Source of the DNA: Candidatus Abyssobacteria bacterium SURF_5
GTDB taxonomy: Bacteria > Abyssobacteria > SURF-5
Length of the DNA: 64,000 nt
Assembly: GCA_003598085.1 (NCBI GenBank)
Contig: QZKU01000145.1
Location: 9,123-73,122 of the forward strand
Reading direction: 5' to 3'
The position numbers and the translations under genes are program-made. Below are positions 9,701 to 19,227 of the stretch, one piece after another (the stretch's first letter is position 1; each line of letters starts with the position of its first letter). The notes under the pieces are model-generated. The model did no database searches and was not told the origin of the DNA. It worked only from the letters and a program-made list of their open reading frames with translations.

Positions 9701-9895
9701 CTGCAGAACATCCGGCAGAATCCGGCAGAACAACTCGTAGCCGGGACCGTGGCCAGCCAAGAGCTTCAAATTCTTATCCGCCGTAACCGGATCGCGAATA
9801 CCGGCGCCGGTCAGAACGCGGCGGACGGAGTCGAACGGAATCTTTTCAGTGAAGAAGATTTCCGCAAGTCGCTCGTGCTCTTGCAAATGAGACAA
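6713..9895 (-). CDS. glnE: Bifunctional glutamine synthetase adenylyltransferase/deadenylyltransferase
   Basis: Two nucleotidyltransferase repeats: GKLGGEELNYSSDIDL / GKLGGGEINYASDLDI, DMRLRP / DARLRP, KLGRGGIRDIEF / KNAEGGIIEIEF. Confidence 0.95.
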   Translation of the reverse strand: MSHLQEHERLAEIFFTEKIPFDSVRRVLTGAGIRDPVTADKNLKLLAGHGPGYELFCRILPDVLQELSSAADPDMALNNWERLVEVIRDRESHFNYLAAKPRVLGVLLKILGASQYLSDILIRQPHLFLSILSDDFADTPADRESLRSELSERLEDAPDYLGKLDVLREFNQRQMLHIGARDICGKVDVEAILKETTALADICIEAAFESAQSEVLRRHGIPGENETNRRAAAVVLAFGKLGGEELNYSSDIDLMFMYSNEGETRAGAPDQRIEPISNHQFFSKVAEKCIDLLSRVTDRGHLYRVDMRLRPMGSKGPLVSSLESHLNYYEIFGETWERQALLKTRPVAGDLALAQAFLTEIRPFVYPKYLDHRGIREIQNLKRRSEIEVDKHGRTLTEVKLGRGGIRDIEFIVQFLQLLHGGKNEQLRGVNTLTVLRKLEQIGYLTSAEFSSLVDAYKFLRRLENRLQIMQNRQLHVLPTDAESLQVIARSLGYRDQPAKSAGEALADEHRRQTGRVRELFNKFFSKLFSADEHVSPVVDLMMNPEPDQEEIRSALSRYGFRNPSVAYVNLRFLADGPPQSPYTSRARTFFSSIAPLLIQYLSQSPDPDMGLTNLQQCITAMGAPSNLYEVLSTSPKSIELFVALASYSDYLIRLFVNDPGVLDFLMSTRILEEESSRELIDRALGKFLEINPNFYESIQRFKNGEILRIGLRDILGLADIAEVIRELSSVAEVMLERVYRQCLAEELARFGQPRADDNRPATLAILGLGKLGGGEINYASDLDIIFVYSADGGTGGGTADAISNQQFFNALAARIMKRMAEVNPYGYLYKLDARLRPDGEQGLLAVSADAFMEYHRRKSALWEKRAMTKLRPVAGDAHLGERLKEFVQALIYQPGFFSADVVRDAAQMLSKIFANARTEEHEGVQIKNAEGGIIEIEFLVQLLQIKYGDGLPELRTPNTLEALDRLARTGRIPRQAHDDLIAGLVFLRRIENRLRLMHDRPLKELPAEVDALNKLALRLGIRAAADRDPAEMLLDTLHLHVQRSHRVFVEMMKELEETK

Positions 9896-9929
9896 CCTTT
9901 TCTTTTCCGGAAGTTGTTCAACCTGGCTT

Positions 9930-9938
9930 ATTATAACA
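9930..9938 (-). promoter_or_regulatory. Extended -10 element for glnE
   Basis: Minus strand TGTTATAAT about 35 nt upstream of the glnE start. Confidence 0.5.
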
Positions 9939-10152
9939 TGTTCGCCTCAAACGCCGGGGCGCAAAATGCCTTCGAGGAATCGCCCGGTCTGCCGCGATGG
10001 CGGCTATCGGCTCGCTCGGCGAAACCCGCCGGCGAGCACCAAGCGCCCCTCCTTTTTTGAAAGTGAGAGGGGCTGTGTTTCGCAGTTTCGGCAAACCGCC
10101 GCCTGCAGTAAAGACAAGCGAGCAGAAGAGTTGCCGCACTGCACTCATTGGC

Positions 10153-10181
10153 TTGACTGCAAATTTTCCACACTGTATAAT
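10153..10181 (+). promoter_or_regulatory. sigma70-type promoter for the ABC operon
   Basis: TTGACT-N17-TATAAT. Confidence 0.7.
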
Positions 10182-10297
10182 GAGATATTCGATTATCGGG
10201 GGCCGCTTCTACATAGGCCGCCATTGGAGTATCCGCAGCTGTTATCCTGACAGGACCAGCGGGGAGCATCAATTGTCTACAGGGGGAGAAGTTTTCT

Positions 10298-11260
10298 ATG
10301 CCGCCTGCCATTGAAATCAACGGTTTGACTAAAACGTACCGCACACTGTTCGGCCTCCGACAAGTGACCGCGGTTGACGACCTGAACCTGACGGTTGAGG
10401 AAGGAGAAGTCTTCGGTTTTCTCGGTCCGAACGGGGCGGGCAAAACGACGACGATCAAAATCTTGCTCGGAATCATTTATCCCACCGCCGGCGAGTGCAA
10501 GCTCTTTGGGGAACGGTTCGCCTCCAATTTTGCATTCGCTCCGGAATCCGCCAACAGCAGGTTGAAGGCCAACATTGGTTATCTTCCCGAAGGTCCGTAT
10601 TTCCATGAGTTCCTTTCCGGCCGGGAGGTGCTCTCGTTCTACGGCAAGTTGTACGGCCTGCGCGGAAATCATTTGAAGAGCCGGATCGATGAGACGCTCG
10701 ATATTGTGGGAATGCAGTACGCAGCCGACCGGCTTGTGCAGCATTACTCGAAGGGAATGCGCCAGCGAATTGGATTGGCGCAGGCTCTGCTGAGCGATCC
10801 AAAGCTGATGATCCTTGACGAGCCGACGGTCGGCCTCGACCCGATAGCTCGCCGCGAGATACGCGACCTGATGATCAAATTGAGGAATCTGGGGAAGACG
10901 CTGTTCGTGTGTTCGCATGAATTGAGCGAAGTCGAGATGATCTGCAACAAGATTGCAATTATCAACCGCGGAAAGATGGTCACGCATGGAAAACTCCTCG
11001 ATCTGATGCTGCAAGACCGCGCCGTGGAAATCGACGTGACCAATCTCCAGGAAGCTGTGTGGAAGAAACTGGAGACAGAAGGCTGTTTTGTCGGGAAGGC
11101 GGAGACCGGGCTGACTATGGTCCGCCTGCCCGAAAACCGCAGCCTTTACCAGATATTGGACATTCTAAAGGCTGACGCGACCGAGATAGTCGCGATCAGA
11201 CCAAAAAAAGAATCTTTGGAGGATTTGTTCATTCGATCTGTGAAGGAGGAAGTCGCGTGA
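10298..11260 (+). CDS. ABC-2 type transporter ATP-binding protein
   Basis: GPNGAGKTT Walker A, YSKGMRQR signature, ILDEP Walker B, SH switch. Confidence 0.93.
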   Translation: MPPAIEINGLTKTYRTLFGLRQVTAVDDLNLTVEEGEVFGFLGPNGAGKTTTIKILLGIIYPTAGECKLFGERFASNFAFAPESANSRLKANIGYLPEGPYFHEFLSGREVLSFYGKLYGLRGNHLKSRIDETLDIVGMQYAADRLVQHYSKGMRQRIGLAQALLSDPKLMILDEPTVGLDPIARREIRDLMIKLRNLGKTLFVCSHELSEVEMICNKIAIINRGKMVTHGKLLDLMLQDRAVEIDVTNLQEAVWKKLETEGCFVGKAETGLTMVRLPENRSLYQILDILKADATEIVAIRPKKESLEDLFIRSVKEEVA

Positions 11261-12054
11261 ATTCGCTGGTAATCGGGATGAACGCATATCGGGAATCGAT
11301 ACGGCGCAAAACCCTCATCGCTTTCTTGTTGTTCGCCATGCTCGTCATCGGCAGTTCCACGTTTTTGACCGTGCTCTCGCCGGGCGAGGAAATCAAGATG
11401 GTCAAAGATGTCTGCCTGAGCTGCATCTCCTTTTTCGGCATGTTGATCGCGGTATTTTCCGCCGGCGCCCTGCTTCCGGGGGAGACCGATAACAGGACCA
11501 TTCACACGATCCTGTCAAAACCGCTGAAGCGCGTGACTTATCTGGCGGGCAAGTACTTGGGAGCCCAGTTCACCATCCTGTTGAATATCGGATTAATGGC
11601 CGTCCTGTTCCTCGTCCTGCTGTATCTGCAATCCCGCAGATACGTTGACGAGACAGCGCCTTCGTTTTCCGTTACCGCGCTGGTCGCCTCAAAAGCCATG
11701 CTGCTGGTCTACTTCGAATTGCTCGTGCTCTCGGCGCTCGCGTTTGCCGTCTCCACCATGTCCACCTCGGCAACTCTTCCCGTGATCGGCGGCATCTTCA
11801 TTTATATCGTCGGCCATTCGGTCAATTACCTGAAGAACCTGAGCGAGCACGCCTCCTCCGAGATGATGTCGTTCATCATCAGGCAGTTTTACCTGATCCT
11901 GCCGAACTTCAGCAACTTCTACTTGAGAAATCAGTTGATCCATAACGACCCGTACGTGCCGCAGGGAATCGCAAAACTGTTTGTTTACGCCCTGCTCTAT
12001 GCCGGGTTCGGAATGCTGATTGCCTACATCTTGTTCCGAAAGAAGGATGTGTAA
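11257..12054 (+). CDS. ABC-2 type transporter permease
   Basis: Six TM segments, RTIHTILSKP..R..YLAGKYLG motif; GTGA overlap with the ATPase gene. Confidence 0.88.
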   Translation: MNSLVIGMNAYRESIRRKTLIAFLLFAMLVIGSSTFLTVLSPGEEIKMVKDVCLSCISFFGMLIAVFSAGALLPGETDNRTIHTILSKPLKRVTYLAGKYLGAQFTILLNIGLMAVLFLVLLYLQSRRYVDETAPSFSVTALVASKAMLLVYFELLVLSALAFAVSTMSTSATLPVIGGIFIYIVGHSVNYLKNLSEHASSEMMSFIIRQFYLILPNFSNFYLRNQLIHNDPYVPQGIAKLFVYALLYAGFGMLIAYILFRKKDV

Positions 12055-12058
12055 GCGC

Positions 12059-13138
12059 ATGAGCAAGTTGAAGGAAAAAGCCATCTTCGGAGTTGTCGCC
12101 TTAGCTTTCCTGATTCCGATCTCGCTTGTCCAATCGGACATCGAGAGCGACACAGGAAGAATCACTTTCCTGCGATGGGTGGATAATCAAGAGGCTTACA
12201 GCCAGCAGGTGATCCAGCGCATCATCGTCGAACAGGACGAGCGCGACCCTGCGGAAACAGCCCTCTTTAATCAGGTAACGGAGCTCGGCCGCTCGTTAAA
12301 TCCCGATTTTTCGGAGCTTCCGGTGCCCGCTAAGTGGAAACTGATTAATCGGCCGGAATTCAACCCCTTATACATGCAATTCGTTGAATTGATCAGGCAG
12401 TCCAAGGCCTCCCTGATCGAGGGTGGAATCGAGTGGAGCAATCCCGATGTCAGCGCAAATGTCGGCGCCCTCGTGCTGGGGTTCAGAAAACTGGTTGCCG
12501 ATATGTTGTGGCTCAAGGTCGACGAGTACTGGCATCGCGGACAGGTGCAAAGAATGCTCCCAATGATGGAGACAGTGACCACGCTCGACCCCCATTTCAT
12601 CGAGGCGTACGCACTTGGGGCGTGGCACCTGGCCTATAACGTGACGGTCATGTTCCACTCCGCTGAAGAAAGAATGAAATATATCGAGCAGGGGGTCAGT
12701 CTCCTCAAGAAGGGCATCAAGAACAATCCCCGGAGCTCCAAGCTGTATGCGGAAATGGGATTCACCATTTACTTCCGCAAGCTCTCCGATTGGGAAAAGG
12801 CCGCGTATTATCTGGGCGAAGCGACAAAGTACGAGCACGAACCCTGGGTGGAGCGGGCATACGCCCTCTCGCTCGAGCGCTTGCGAGAAGAAGAAAAGGC
12901 GTTTGCGCTCCTGGAAGATTACGACCGCAGGCATCCGGACTTCAAGATGCAGAAGCTCACTATGAAGCGTCTGGAAAAGAAGCTCGAGGCCCGCAAGTTG
13001 GAGCGCGAAGGCGATCTTGAGGCTGCTTTCGAATTATGGCGGTTCCTGAAGGATGACGATCCCTCTGATTTCATCGCCCCGCAGGAATACCTGCGACTAA
13101 AAATGGAATTAGAGAAGGCTAACGGCCTCACGTCGTGA
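12059..13138 (+). CDS. Membrane-anchored TPR-like protein associated with the ABC exporter
   Basis: N-terminal hydrophobic anchor; GFRKLVADMLWL and LDPHFIEAYALGAWHLAYN motifs; helical TPR-like repeats. Confidence 0.7.
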   Translation: MSKLKEKAIFGVVALAFLIPISLVQSDIESDTGRITFLRWVDNQEAYSQQVIQRIIVEQDERDPAETALFNQVTELGRSLNPDFSELPVPAKWKLINRPEFNPLYMQFVELIRQSKASLIEGGIEWSNPDVSANVGALVLGFRKLVADMLWLKVDEYWHRGQVQRMLPMMETVTTLDPHFIEAYALGAWHLAYNVTVMFHSAEERMKYIEQGVSLLKKGIKNNPRSSKLYAEMGFTIYFRKLSDWEKAAYYLGEATKYEHEPWVERAYALSLERLREEEKAFALLEDYDRRHPDFKMQKLTMKRLEKKLEARKLEREGDLEAAFELWRFLKDDDPSDFIAPQEYLRLKMELEKANGLTS

Positions 13139-13160
13139 ATCGCACCGAACAATTTTGAAG

Positions 13161-13214
13161 AACCCCCGGCCTCCTCAGCGCCGGTTGGAAGCCGGCAACG
13201 GGGGTTTTTCCTCT
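13161..13214 (+). terminator. Possible terminator after the ABC operon
   Basis: AACCCCCG...CGGGGGTT outer stem enclosing a GCCGG/CCGGC hairpin, followed by a T-rich run. Confidence 0.35.
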
Positions 13215-13259
13215 TTCCACAGCCGGATCGGCTTCTGTTTTTACCGATATTAAGAGGAT

Positions 13260-13952
13260 ATGCGGTTCGTCATGAGCATTCAGTCGAACCTGGAGAACCT
13301 CCGCCGGCGGATTTCCGACGCCGCTCAACGAGCAGGCCGCAACCCAGCCGATATCAAATTGTGCGTCGTAACAAAGACTATTCCCGTTGCGAGAATACAA
13401 GAGGCAATCGCCTGCGGTGTCAGCATCATCGGAGAAAACCGCGTGCATGAGGCTACGCAAAAACAACCGGCGCTCGGGCGTTCGGTCGAGTGGCACATGA
13501 TAGGCCACCTGCAGTCAAGAAAGGCCAGACAGGCGGTAGAATTGTTTGACATGGTGCAGTCGGTCGATTCCGTCTCAACGGCGGCCGCGCTGGAGAAACG
13601 CTGTGCGGAAATCGATCGCCCAATGCGGGTTCTCATCGAGGTCAACACCTCTCATGAGGAACAAAAGTACGGAGCGCCGCCCGCCGATGCGGAACGCCTG
13701 GTGCGCCAATTAGGGAAAATGGGACATCTGCGAATCGAGGGGCTGATGACCATGGCGCCCCTCGTTTCAGATCCCGAACTGGCGCGGCCCTGCTTCCGGG
13801 AACTGCGGCAAACCGCGCAACGGCTGCGGGAACAGGATTTTCCGGGCGCCTCGTTTGATGTCCTGTCAATGGGCATGAGCAATGACTTTGAAGTGGCTGT
13901 CGAAGAGGGGGCCACTCTGCTGAGAATAGGAAGCGCCGTATTCGCGAAATGA
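13260..13952 (+). CDS. yggS: YggS family PLP homeostasis protein
   Basis: VTK, GENRV, WHMIGHLQS, GLMTMAP, LSMGMSNDFEVAVEEGAT..RIGS. Confidence 0.95.
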   Translation: MRFVMSIQSNLENLRRRISDAAQRAGRNPADIKLCVVTKTIPVARIQEAIACGVSIIGENRVHEATQKQPALGRSVEWHMIGHLQSRKARQAVELFDMVQSVDSVSTAAALEKRCAEIDRPMRVLIEVNTSHEEQKYGAPPADAERLVRQLGKMGHLRIEGLMTMAPLVSDPELARPCFRELRQTAQRLREQDFPGASFDVLSMGMSNDFEVAVEEGATLLRIGSAVFAK

Positions 13953-13967
13953 ACGAGAAAGAAAACC

Positions 13968-14984
13968 ATGGAACAGCAACTTGAGAAACTTCGAGCGGAT
14001 GCGCTCGAAAAAGTGGGACAGGCTTCTGATTTATCACAATTGTCGCAGGTCCAAACCGAGTTCCTGGGACGCAAGGGAGAGCTGACAAAACTGCTCCGCC
14101 TGATGGGCTCATTGCCACCCGACCAACGCCCTGCTTTCGGCCAGAGCGCCAACCGAGTCAAACAGGAAATCCAGGACGCGATCGATCACAAGAAGAGCCT
14201 CTTCGAGCGGGAAGAGCGCGAGAAAAAACTGAAAAAAGAAAGCATCGACGTCACTCTTCCGGGTCTCAGGCCACCCATCGGCCATCTGCATCCGATCACG
14301 ATCGTCTTTGAGGAAATCCGGAGAATTTTCGAGGGACTTGGCTTCCAGGTGGCTACTGGGCCGGAAGTGGAAACAGATTATCATAATTTTGAGGCCCTCA
14401 ATTTCCCGAAGGATCACCCGTCTCGCGATATGCAGGCCACCTTCTTCATCAATGATGACGTGCTGCTGCGCACGCACACTTCTCCCGTTCAGATTCGCGC
14501 AATGACCGCACAGAGACCGCCGCTGAGAATTATTGCCCCCGGGAAAGTCTTCCGCCGCGACGACGATATCACGCACAGCCCCATGTTTCACCAGGTTGAG
14601 GGGCTTGTGGTGGACGAACAGATAACCCTCGGGGACCTGAAGGGCGTGCTTGAAGCCTTCATTCACCGCCTCTACGGCCCGCAGACCGCTCTGCGGTTCC
14701 GCCCCAGCTTCTTCCCGTTCACCGAACCGAGCGCGGAAGTCGATGTCCAGTGTGTCATCTGCGGCGGGAGCGGTTGCCGCACGTGCAAACAGTCAGGATG
14801 GCTCGAGGTATTAGGCTCTGGTATGGTGCATCCGAACGTTTTTCGCGCAGTCGGCTATGATCCCGAAGAGTATACCGGGTTTGCCTTCGGCCTGGGAGTC
14901 GACCGGCTCGCAATGCTGAAATACGGCATCGACGATATCCGCACATTATATGAGAACGACATCAGATTCCTCGAGCAATTTTAG
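13968..14984 (+). CDS. pheS: Phenylalanine--tRNA ligase alpha subunit
   Basis: GHLHP, HPSRDMQATF, LRTHTSPVQ, THSPMFHQVEG, FPFTEPS, GFAFGLG. Confidence 0.98.
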   Translation: MEQQLEKLRADALEKVGQASDLSQLSQVQTEFLGRKGELTKLLRLMGSLPPDQRPAFGQSANRVKQEIQDAIDHKKSLFEREEREKKLKKESIDVTLPGLRPPIGHLHPITIVFEEIRRIFEGLGFQVATGPEVETDYHNFEALNFPKDHPSRDMQATFFINDDVLLRTHTSPVQIRAMTAQRPPLRIIAPGKVFRRDDDITHSPMFHQVEGLVVDEQITLGDLKGVLEAFIHRLYGPQTALRFRPSFFPFTEPSAEVDVQCVICGGSGCRTCKQSGWLEVLGSGMVHPNVFRAVGYDPEEYTGFAFGLGVDRLAMLKYGIDDIRTLYENDIRFLEQF

Positions 14985-15005
14985 GTGGATTGGAGAATGT
15001 AACGC

Positions 15006-17405
15006 ATGCGCGTTTCACTGAATTGGCTCAAAGAATTCGTTGCCGTACGCCTCTCACCCGCCGATCTCGCTCACAAATTGACTATGACCGGCACCGAGGT
15101 GGATAGCGTACAGATCATAAAGTCCGCCTTTGAAAAGGTAACCGTTGGGCGCATACTGAAGATTCGGCGGCATCCCAACGCCGACAAGCTGGTCCTGTGC
15201 GAAGTCGACGTCGGCAATTCGTCACCGCTGAAGATCGTTTGCGGCGCACCCAATATCAAAGAGGGCGACATCGTGCCCGTCGCTGTATCCGGCGCGAAGC
15301 TGGCGGGCGGCTTCTCGGTGCATAAAACCAAAATCAGGGGCGAATCTTCGGAAGGAATGCTCTGCTCGGAGCGCGAGCTCGGCATCAGCGAGGACCACAG
15401 CGGCATCATGATTCTGCCGCCCGACCTGCCGACCGGCGTCCCTCTTGACGAAGCGCTCCAGCTTTCCGACGCGTTGCTCGAGCTCGGCGTGACGCCGAAC
15501 CGGCCCGACTGCCTCAGCATATTCGGAACGGCTCGCGAGGTCGCCGCGATAACCGGCGAAAAGACAAGGCTGCCCGACATCCGGATGCGCGAAGCGGGCG
15601 CACAGATAGAATCCCTCACGTCGGTCACAATCGAAGACGAAAAAGGCTGCCCCCGCTATGCCGCGCGCGTCGTGTCCGGCGTCACGATCGGAGCATCCCC
15701 CGCATGGATGCAACAGCGGCTCCTGAAGGCGGGCCTGCGGCCGATTAATAATGTCGTCGACATAACGAATTATGTGCTGCTTGAACTCGGTCACCCGCTG
15801 CACGCGTTCGATTACCACAAGCTTTTCGAGAACAGAATCGTCGTCAGGCGCGCACTCCCGAAGGAGTCGATCGTGACCCTGGACGGAGCCAATCGCGGCC
15901 TGACCGAACAGATGCTGGTCATCGCCGACGCCGAAAAACCGGTTGCGATCGCCGGCGTCATGGGCGGAGCGAATTCAGAAGTGACCGAGCAGACGAAGAC
16001 TGTCCTTATCGAATCCGCATATTTCGACCCCGTTACGATCAGGCGCACATCGAAAGCGCTCGGGTTGTCCACGGAAGCTTCGTTCCGATTTGAGCGTGGC
16101 GCCGACCCGCAAATGCTGACGGTCGCGCTCGACCGCGCCGCCGCACTCATGGCCGAAGTTGCGGGAGGCACTGTCGCCGCCGGAAGCGTCGACCAGTACC
16201 CGCACCCGTTCAGCCCGAAGGAAATCTCGGTGCGCCATGAGCGGATCAGACGGATTCTCGGCATCCGGGTTCCACCTGACAAAGCGATATCCATTCTCGA
16301 TGCGCTCGGATTCGAAATTGTTTCCACCACCGGCGAGTCGGTCCGCGTGCGCGTGCCGAGTTACCGGCCCGACGTGGGCGAGGAAATCGATCTAATCGAA
16401 GAGGTTGCGCGCGTCTACGGATATGAAAACATTATTGCGACGTATCCCGAGGACAGGGCGCTCATGACGCGAGGACTGCCGGCAAAGTCGGCCGAAGAGG
16501 AAGTGAAAGCCCTGTTGAAGGGATGCGGTTTCACCGAGATCATCACGTTCAGCTTCGGGGACCCGGAAGAGATGAAGGATTTTTCGGGCGACGGCTATCC
16601 GGCTGCGCCGATCCGAATGAGGAATCCGCTGGCCGAGGACGAAAGCGTTTTGCGGACAACCCTTATGCCCGGACTGCTCGGAACAATCCGCAGCAATATC
16701 AATATCGGGAGGAAAAACCTGAAACTCTTCGAGGTCGGCAAGATTTTCTGGCCGGCTCCCGGAGAAACGCTGCCGGATGAACACGTGTCCGCCTGCGGCG
16801 CGGCGACCGGGCTGAGGAACTCTCTCCACTGGAAAGAGCAGCCTGCCGAGGTCGATTTCTTCGACTTGAAAGGCGTAGTTGAGACGTTGCTCGATTCTCT
16901 CGGTTTCGACGCGAGAGCTGTCAAATCTGCAAGACCCGGATTTCATCCGGGCAAATGCGCCGATATCGAAGTGGCGGGAAAAACGGTCGGCCGGGTGGGA
17001 GAGATTCACCCCGATATCATTCAGAAATATGAATTAAAACAAAAGACCTTCCTTTTCGAATTGGACCTTTCAACGCTTCTCTCGTGCCCGAAAACGGAAA
17101 AGGAATACCTGAGCGTTTCCCGCTTCCCGTACTCCGATCGCGATATGGCTGTCGTGGTCGATGAGAACATCGAAGCAGCCAAGCTGGTTTCCGCCATCAC
17201 AGAGGCCGGAGAAGAGATCTTGAGGCGGGTGCTCCTGTTCGACGTCTATCGAGGTGCGCAAGTGGAAAGCGGAAAGAAAAGCCTCGCTTTCAGCCTCAGG
17301 TTCCAAAGCGTTCAGCGAACACTGACCGATGAGGAAATCACCGCCGCGTTCAATAAAATCGTCCAGTCCGTCCAAACGCGCTTCGGCGCCCAATTGAGAA
17401 AGTAA
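15006..17405 (+). CDS. pheT: Phenylalanine--tRNA ligase beta subunit
   Basis: HPNADKL, SEGMLCS, TPNRPDCLS, RFERGAD, DLIEEVARVYGY, C-terminal FDX-ACB domain (KKSLAFSL). Confidence 0.98.
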   Translation: MRVSLNWLKEFVAVRLSPADLAHKLTMTGTEVDSVQIIKSAFEKVTVGRILKIRRHPNADKLVLCEVDVGNSSPLKIVCGAPNIKEGDIVPVAVSGAKLAGGFSVHKTKIRGESSEGMLCSERELGISEDHSGIMILPPDLPTGVPLDEALQLSDALLELGVTPNRPDCLSIFGTAREVAAITGEKTRLPDIRMREAGAQIESLTSVTIEDEKGCPRYAARVVSGVTIGASPAWMQQRLLKAGLRPINNVVDITNYVLLELGHPLHAFDYHKLFENRIVVRRALPKESIVTLDGANRGLTEQMLVIADAEKPVAIAGVMGGANSEVTEQTKTVLIESAYFDPVTIRRTSKALGLSTEASFRFERGADPQMLTVALDRAAALMAEVAGGTVAAGSVDQYPHPFSPKEISVRHERIRRILGIRVPPDKAISILDALGFEIVSTTGESVRVRVPSYRPDVGEEIDLIEEVARVYGYENIIATYPEDRALMTRGLPAKSAEEEVKALLKGCGFTEIITFSFGDPEEMKDFSGDGYPAAPIRMRNPLAEDESVLRTTLMPGLLGTIRSNINIGRKNLKLFEVGKIFWPAPGETLPDEHVSACGAATGLRNSLHWKEQPAEVDFFDLKGVVETLLDSLGFDARAVKSARPGFHPGKCADIEVAGKTVGRVGEIHPDIIQKYELKQKTFLFELDLSTLLSCPKTEKEYLSVSRFPYSDRDMAVVVDENIEAAKLVSAITEAGEEILRRVLLFDVYRGAQVESGKKSLAFSLRFQSVQRTLTDEEITAAFNKIVQSVQTRFGAQLRK

Positions 17406-17409
17406 TGAA

Positions 17410-17694
17410 ATGGACGAGAAGCTGGCCAGACTCGAAGAACAGATGAAGCGCTTGGTCAGCAGCTTCCGCGACGCCTGCGAGAAAAACGAGCACCTCCGGC
17501 GCCAGAACGAACGCCTGCTGAATGAGCTCCTGGAGAAAACGCGGCAGATGGAAGTGCTCGAAGAGCGCGGCGAACTGCTGCTTGAAGCGCAGGCGGAAAA
17601 GAAAAAGCTCGAAGCGCAGCGCGAACAGATCCGAAAAGAAATCAACGCCCTGCTCGAGCGAGTGCGTGCGCTGAAGGGCGAACAACACAGATAG
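17410..17694 (+). CDS. ZapB-like short coiled-coil protein
   Basis: 94-aa all-heptad coiled coil between pheT and zapA, a conserved position. Confidence 0.65.
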   Translation: MDEKLARLEEQMKRLVSSFRDACEKNEHLRRQNERLLNELLEKTRQMEVLEERGELLLEAQAEKKKLEAQREQIRKEINALLERVRALKGEQHR

Positions 17695-17804
17695 ACAAGA
17701 TGGGGACGGAAAATCTTCCCCCAGTTGTGCAGACGTCTTGAAAAAACTGTACGGTCTCTGTTGTCTTTAAGTTCTCCTTTGGTTTTCGAAAGGCGAAGAC
17801 GATC

Positions 17805-18116
17805 ATGAACCGACCCGCCGCCGTGACGGTCACCGTTCTCGGGACCGAGCTCAGTTTCAGAACCGAAGACCCCGAGTACATCAAACAGTTAGCCGCTTTT
17901 GTTGAAAACGAAATCCGCACAGTCGTGGATTCCGGAAAAATATCATCACAGACCAAGGCGGTTATCCTCGCGGCCTTTACCATGGCCGATGAATTGTTTC
18001 GGCTGCGCAAGGAAAAGGAACAGGTCTCCAAGCGAATCGAATCGATGCTTGAGATGGCATCAAATATGCACTGGGAGACTCCGGCGGCGCCGCCACATCC
18101 GGCCACGGAAATCTGA
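17805..18116 (+). CDS. zapA: Cell division protein ZapA
   Basis: VTVLGTELSF...EYIKQLAAFV...ILAAFTMADEL pattern; pheT-zapB-zapA synteny. Confidence 0.85.
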   Translation: MNRPAAVTVTVLGTELSFRTEDPEYIKQLAAFVENEIRTVVDSGKISSQTKAVILAAFTMADELFRLRKEKEQVSKRIESMLEMASNMHWETPAAPPHPATEI

Positions 18117-18242
18117 GGAACACGGGAGCGATTCCACTCCGGAATCTCTTGCCGTCGCCAATTCGTTCGTACGGAATTTCGCTTTTCTTGCACCGAAATG
18201 TTCAAACAAGACTTATTCGCTTCAACCAGTGCAGGGAGAAAC

Positions 18243-19133
18243 ATGATCGAGATCGCCGACCGCATCTACTTCATCGAGTCCGAAAACAGAGGGCGCTATC
18301 CGAACTCGCACTCGCTGTTTGTCGATGACGATTTGGGTATGGTTATCGACCCGGCCTGCCGCGAAGAATTGATGCTTGAACTGGCTGCGAGTCATAAGAC
18401 GAGTATCATCCTCAACACTCACTACCACGAAGACCACAGGATCTACAATTACTGCTTCACCCGCGCACAGCTTTACACACATGAGCTCGATGCCCGCGGC
18501 TACGGCTCAATCGAGGACTTCATGCAGGATTTCTCGGTTGTCAACAGCGATACGCTCAAGAACTTCTGGCGCGATTTTCTGCTCGACAACTGCAAATACC
18601 GCCCCTATACAGTCGCTCAGACTTTTTCCGACGGCTTCCAGATCGACCTCGGACATACCGTTGTCAAAACGATTCATACCCCCGGCCACTCCGCAGGCCA
18701 CAGTTGCTTTTATTTCCCCAAGGAACAGGTGCTGTACCTGGGCGATATCGACCTCACCTCCTTCGGGCCATGGTACGCCAGCCGGAATTCCGATATCGAC
18801 GCCTGGCTGACCTCGATCGAGCGCGTCCGCCGGTTGAAACCTAAAATCGTGGTTACCTCGCATGGCGACGGCCTGGTGACTGAGAACCTCGACGCCCGAA
18901 TCCAGACGTATGCTAATACAATTCATCAGCGCGATAACCGCATCCTCGAGTTCCTGCAGCGCCCCCGCACAAAAGAGGAGATTCTGGACCTCGAAATCGT
19001 CTACCGGCGCAATCATAAATCACCCGACTCTTTCTTCTACTGGGATGACCGTATGATGATAGAAATGCACATTTTTCGGCTGGAACGGCAGGGTCGATTG
19101 AAAAGACTTGACAGAAATTATGTTATAGGATAA
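18243..19133 (+). CDS. MBL-fold metallo-hydrolase
   Basis: THYHEDH, TPGHSAGH, GD and SHG motifs; RBS GGGAG before ATG 18243. Confidence 0.88.
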   Translation: MIEIADRIYFIESENRGRYPNSHSLFVDDDLGMVIDPACREELMLELAASHKTSIILNTHYHEDHRIYNYCFTRAQLYTHELDARGYGSIEDFMQDFSVVNSDTLKNFWRDFLLDNCKYRPYTVAQTFSDGFQIDLGHTVVKTIHTPGHSAGHSCFYFPKEQVLYLGDIDLTSFGPWYASRNSDIDAWLTSIERVRRLKPKIVVTSHGDGLVTENLDARIQTYANTIHQRDNRILEFLQRPRTKEEILDLEIVYRRNHKSPDSFFYWDDRMMIEMHIFRLERQGRLKRLDRNYVIG

Positions 19134-19198
19134 AATGTTCACTGATAACCTATATCCTGAGGCGGGGCTTCTTTCCTCGGTTACTCTCGGCAATTTTC

Positions 19199-19227
19199 TT
19201 GACATCGAATCAAAAAGGAAGTAAAAT
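19199..19227 (+). promoter_or_regulatory. sigma70-type promoter for the ketosynthase/kinase operon
   Basis: TTGACA-N17-TAAAAT. Confidence 0.7.

Noticed and set aside
10005..10140. Hairpins (GCTCGC..GCGAGC, GCCCCTC..GAGGGGC) and GGCAAAC...GTTGCC resembling a c-di-GMP-I riboswitch
   Set aside because: No GNRA tetraloop/receptor or GCAAAG junction, and the region lies upstream of the predicted promoter rather than in the transcript.
18117..18242. 6S RNA expected after zapA
   Set aside because: Only ~125 nt are available and I see no long irregular hairpin with a central bubble.
18243..19133. MBL-fold protein as a beta-lactamase or as a signal-degrading lactonase of the neighbouring operon
   Set aside because: No signal peptide, the fold is generic, and a separate promoter lies between it and the ketosynthase operon.
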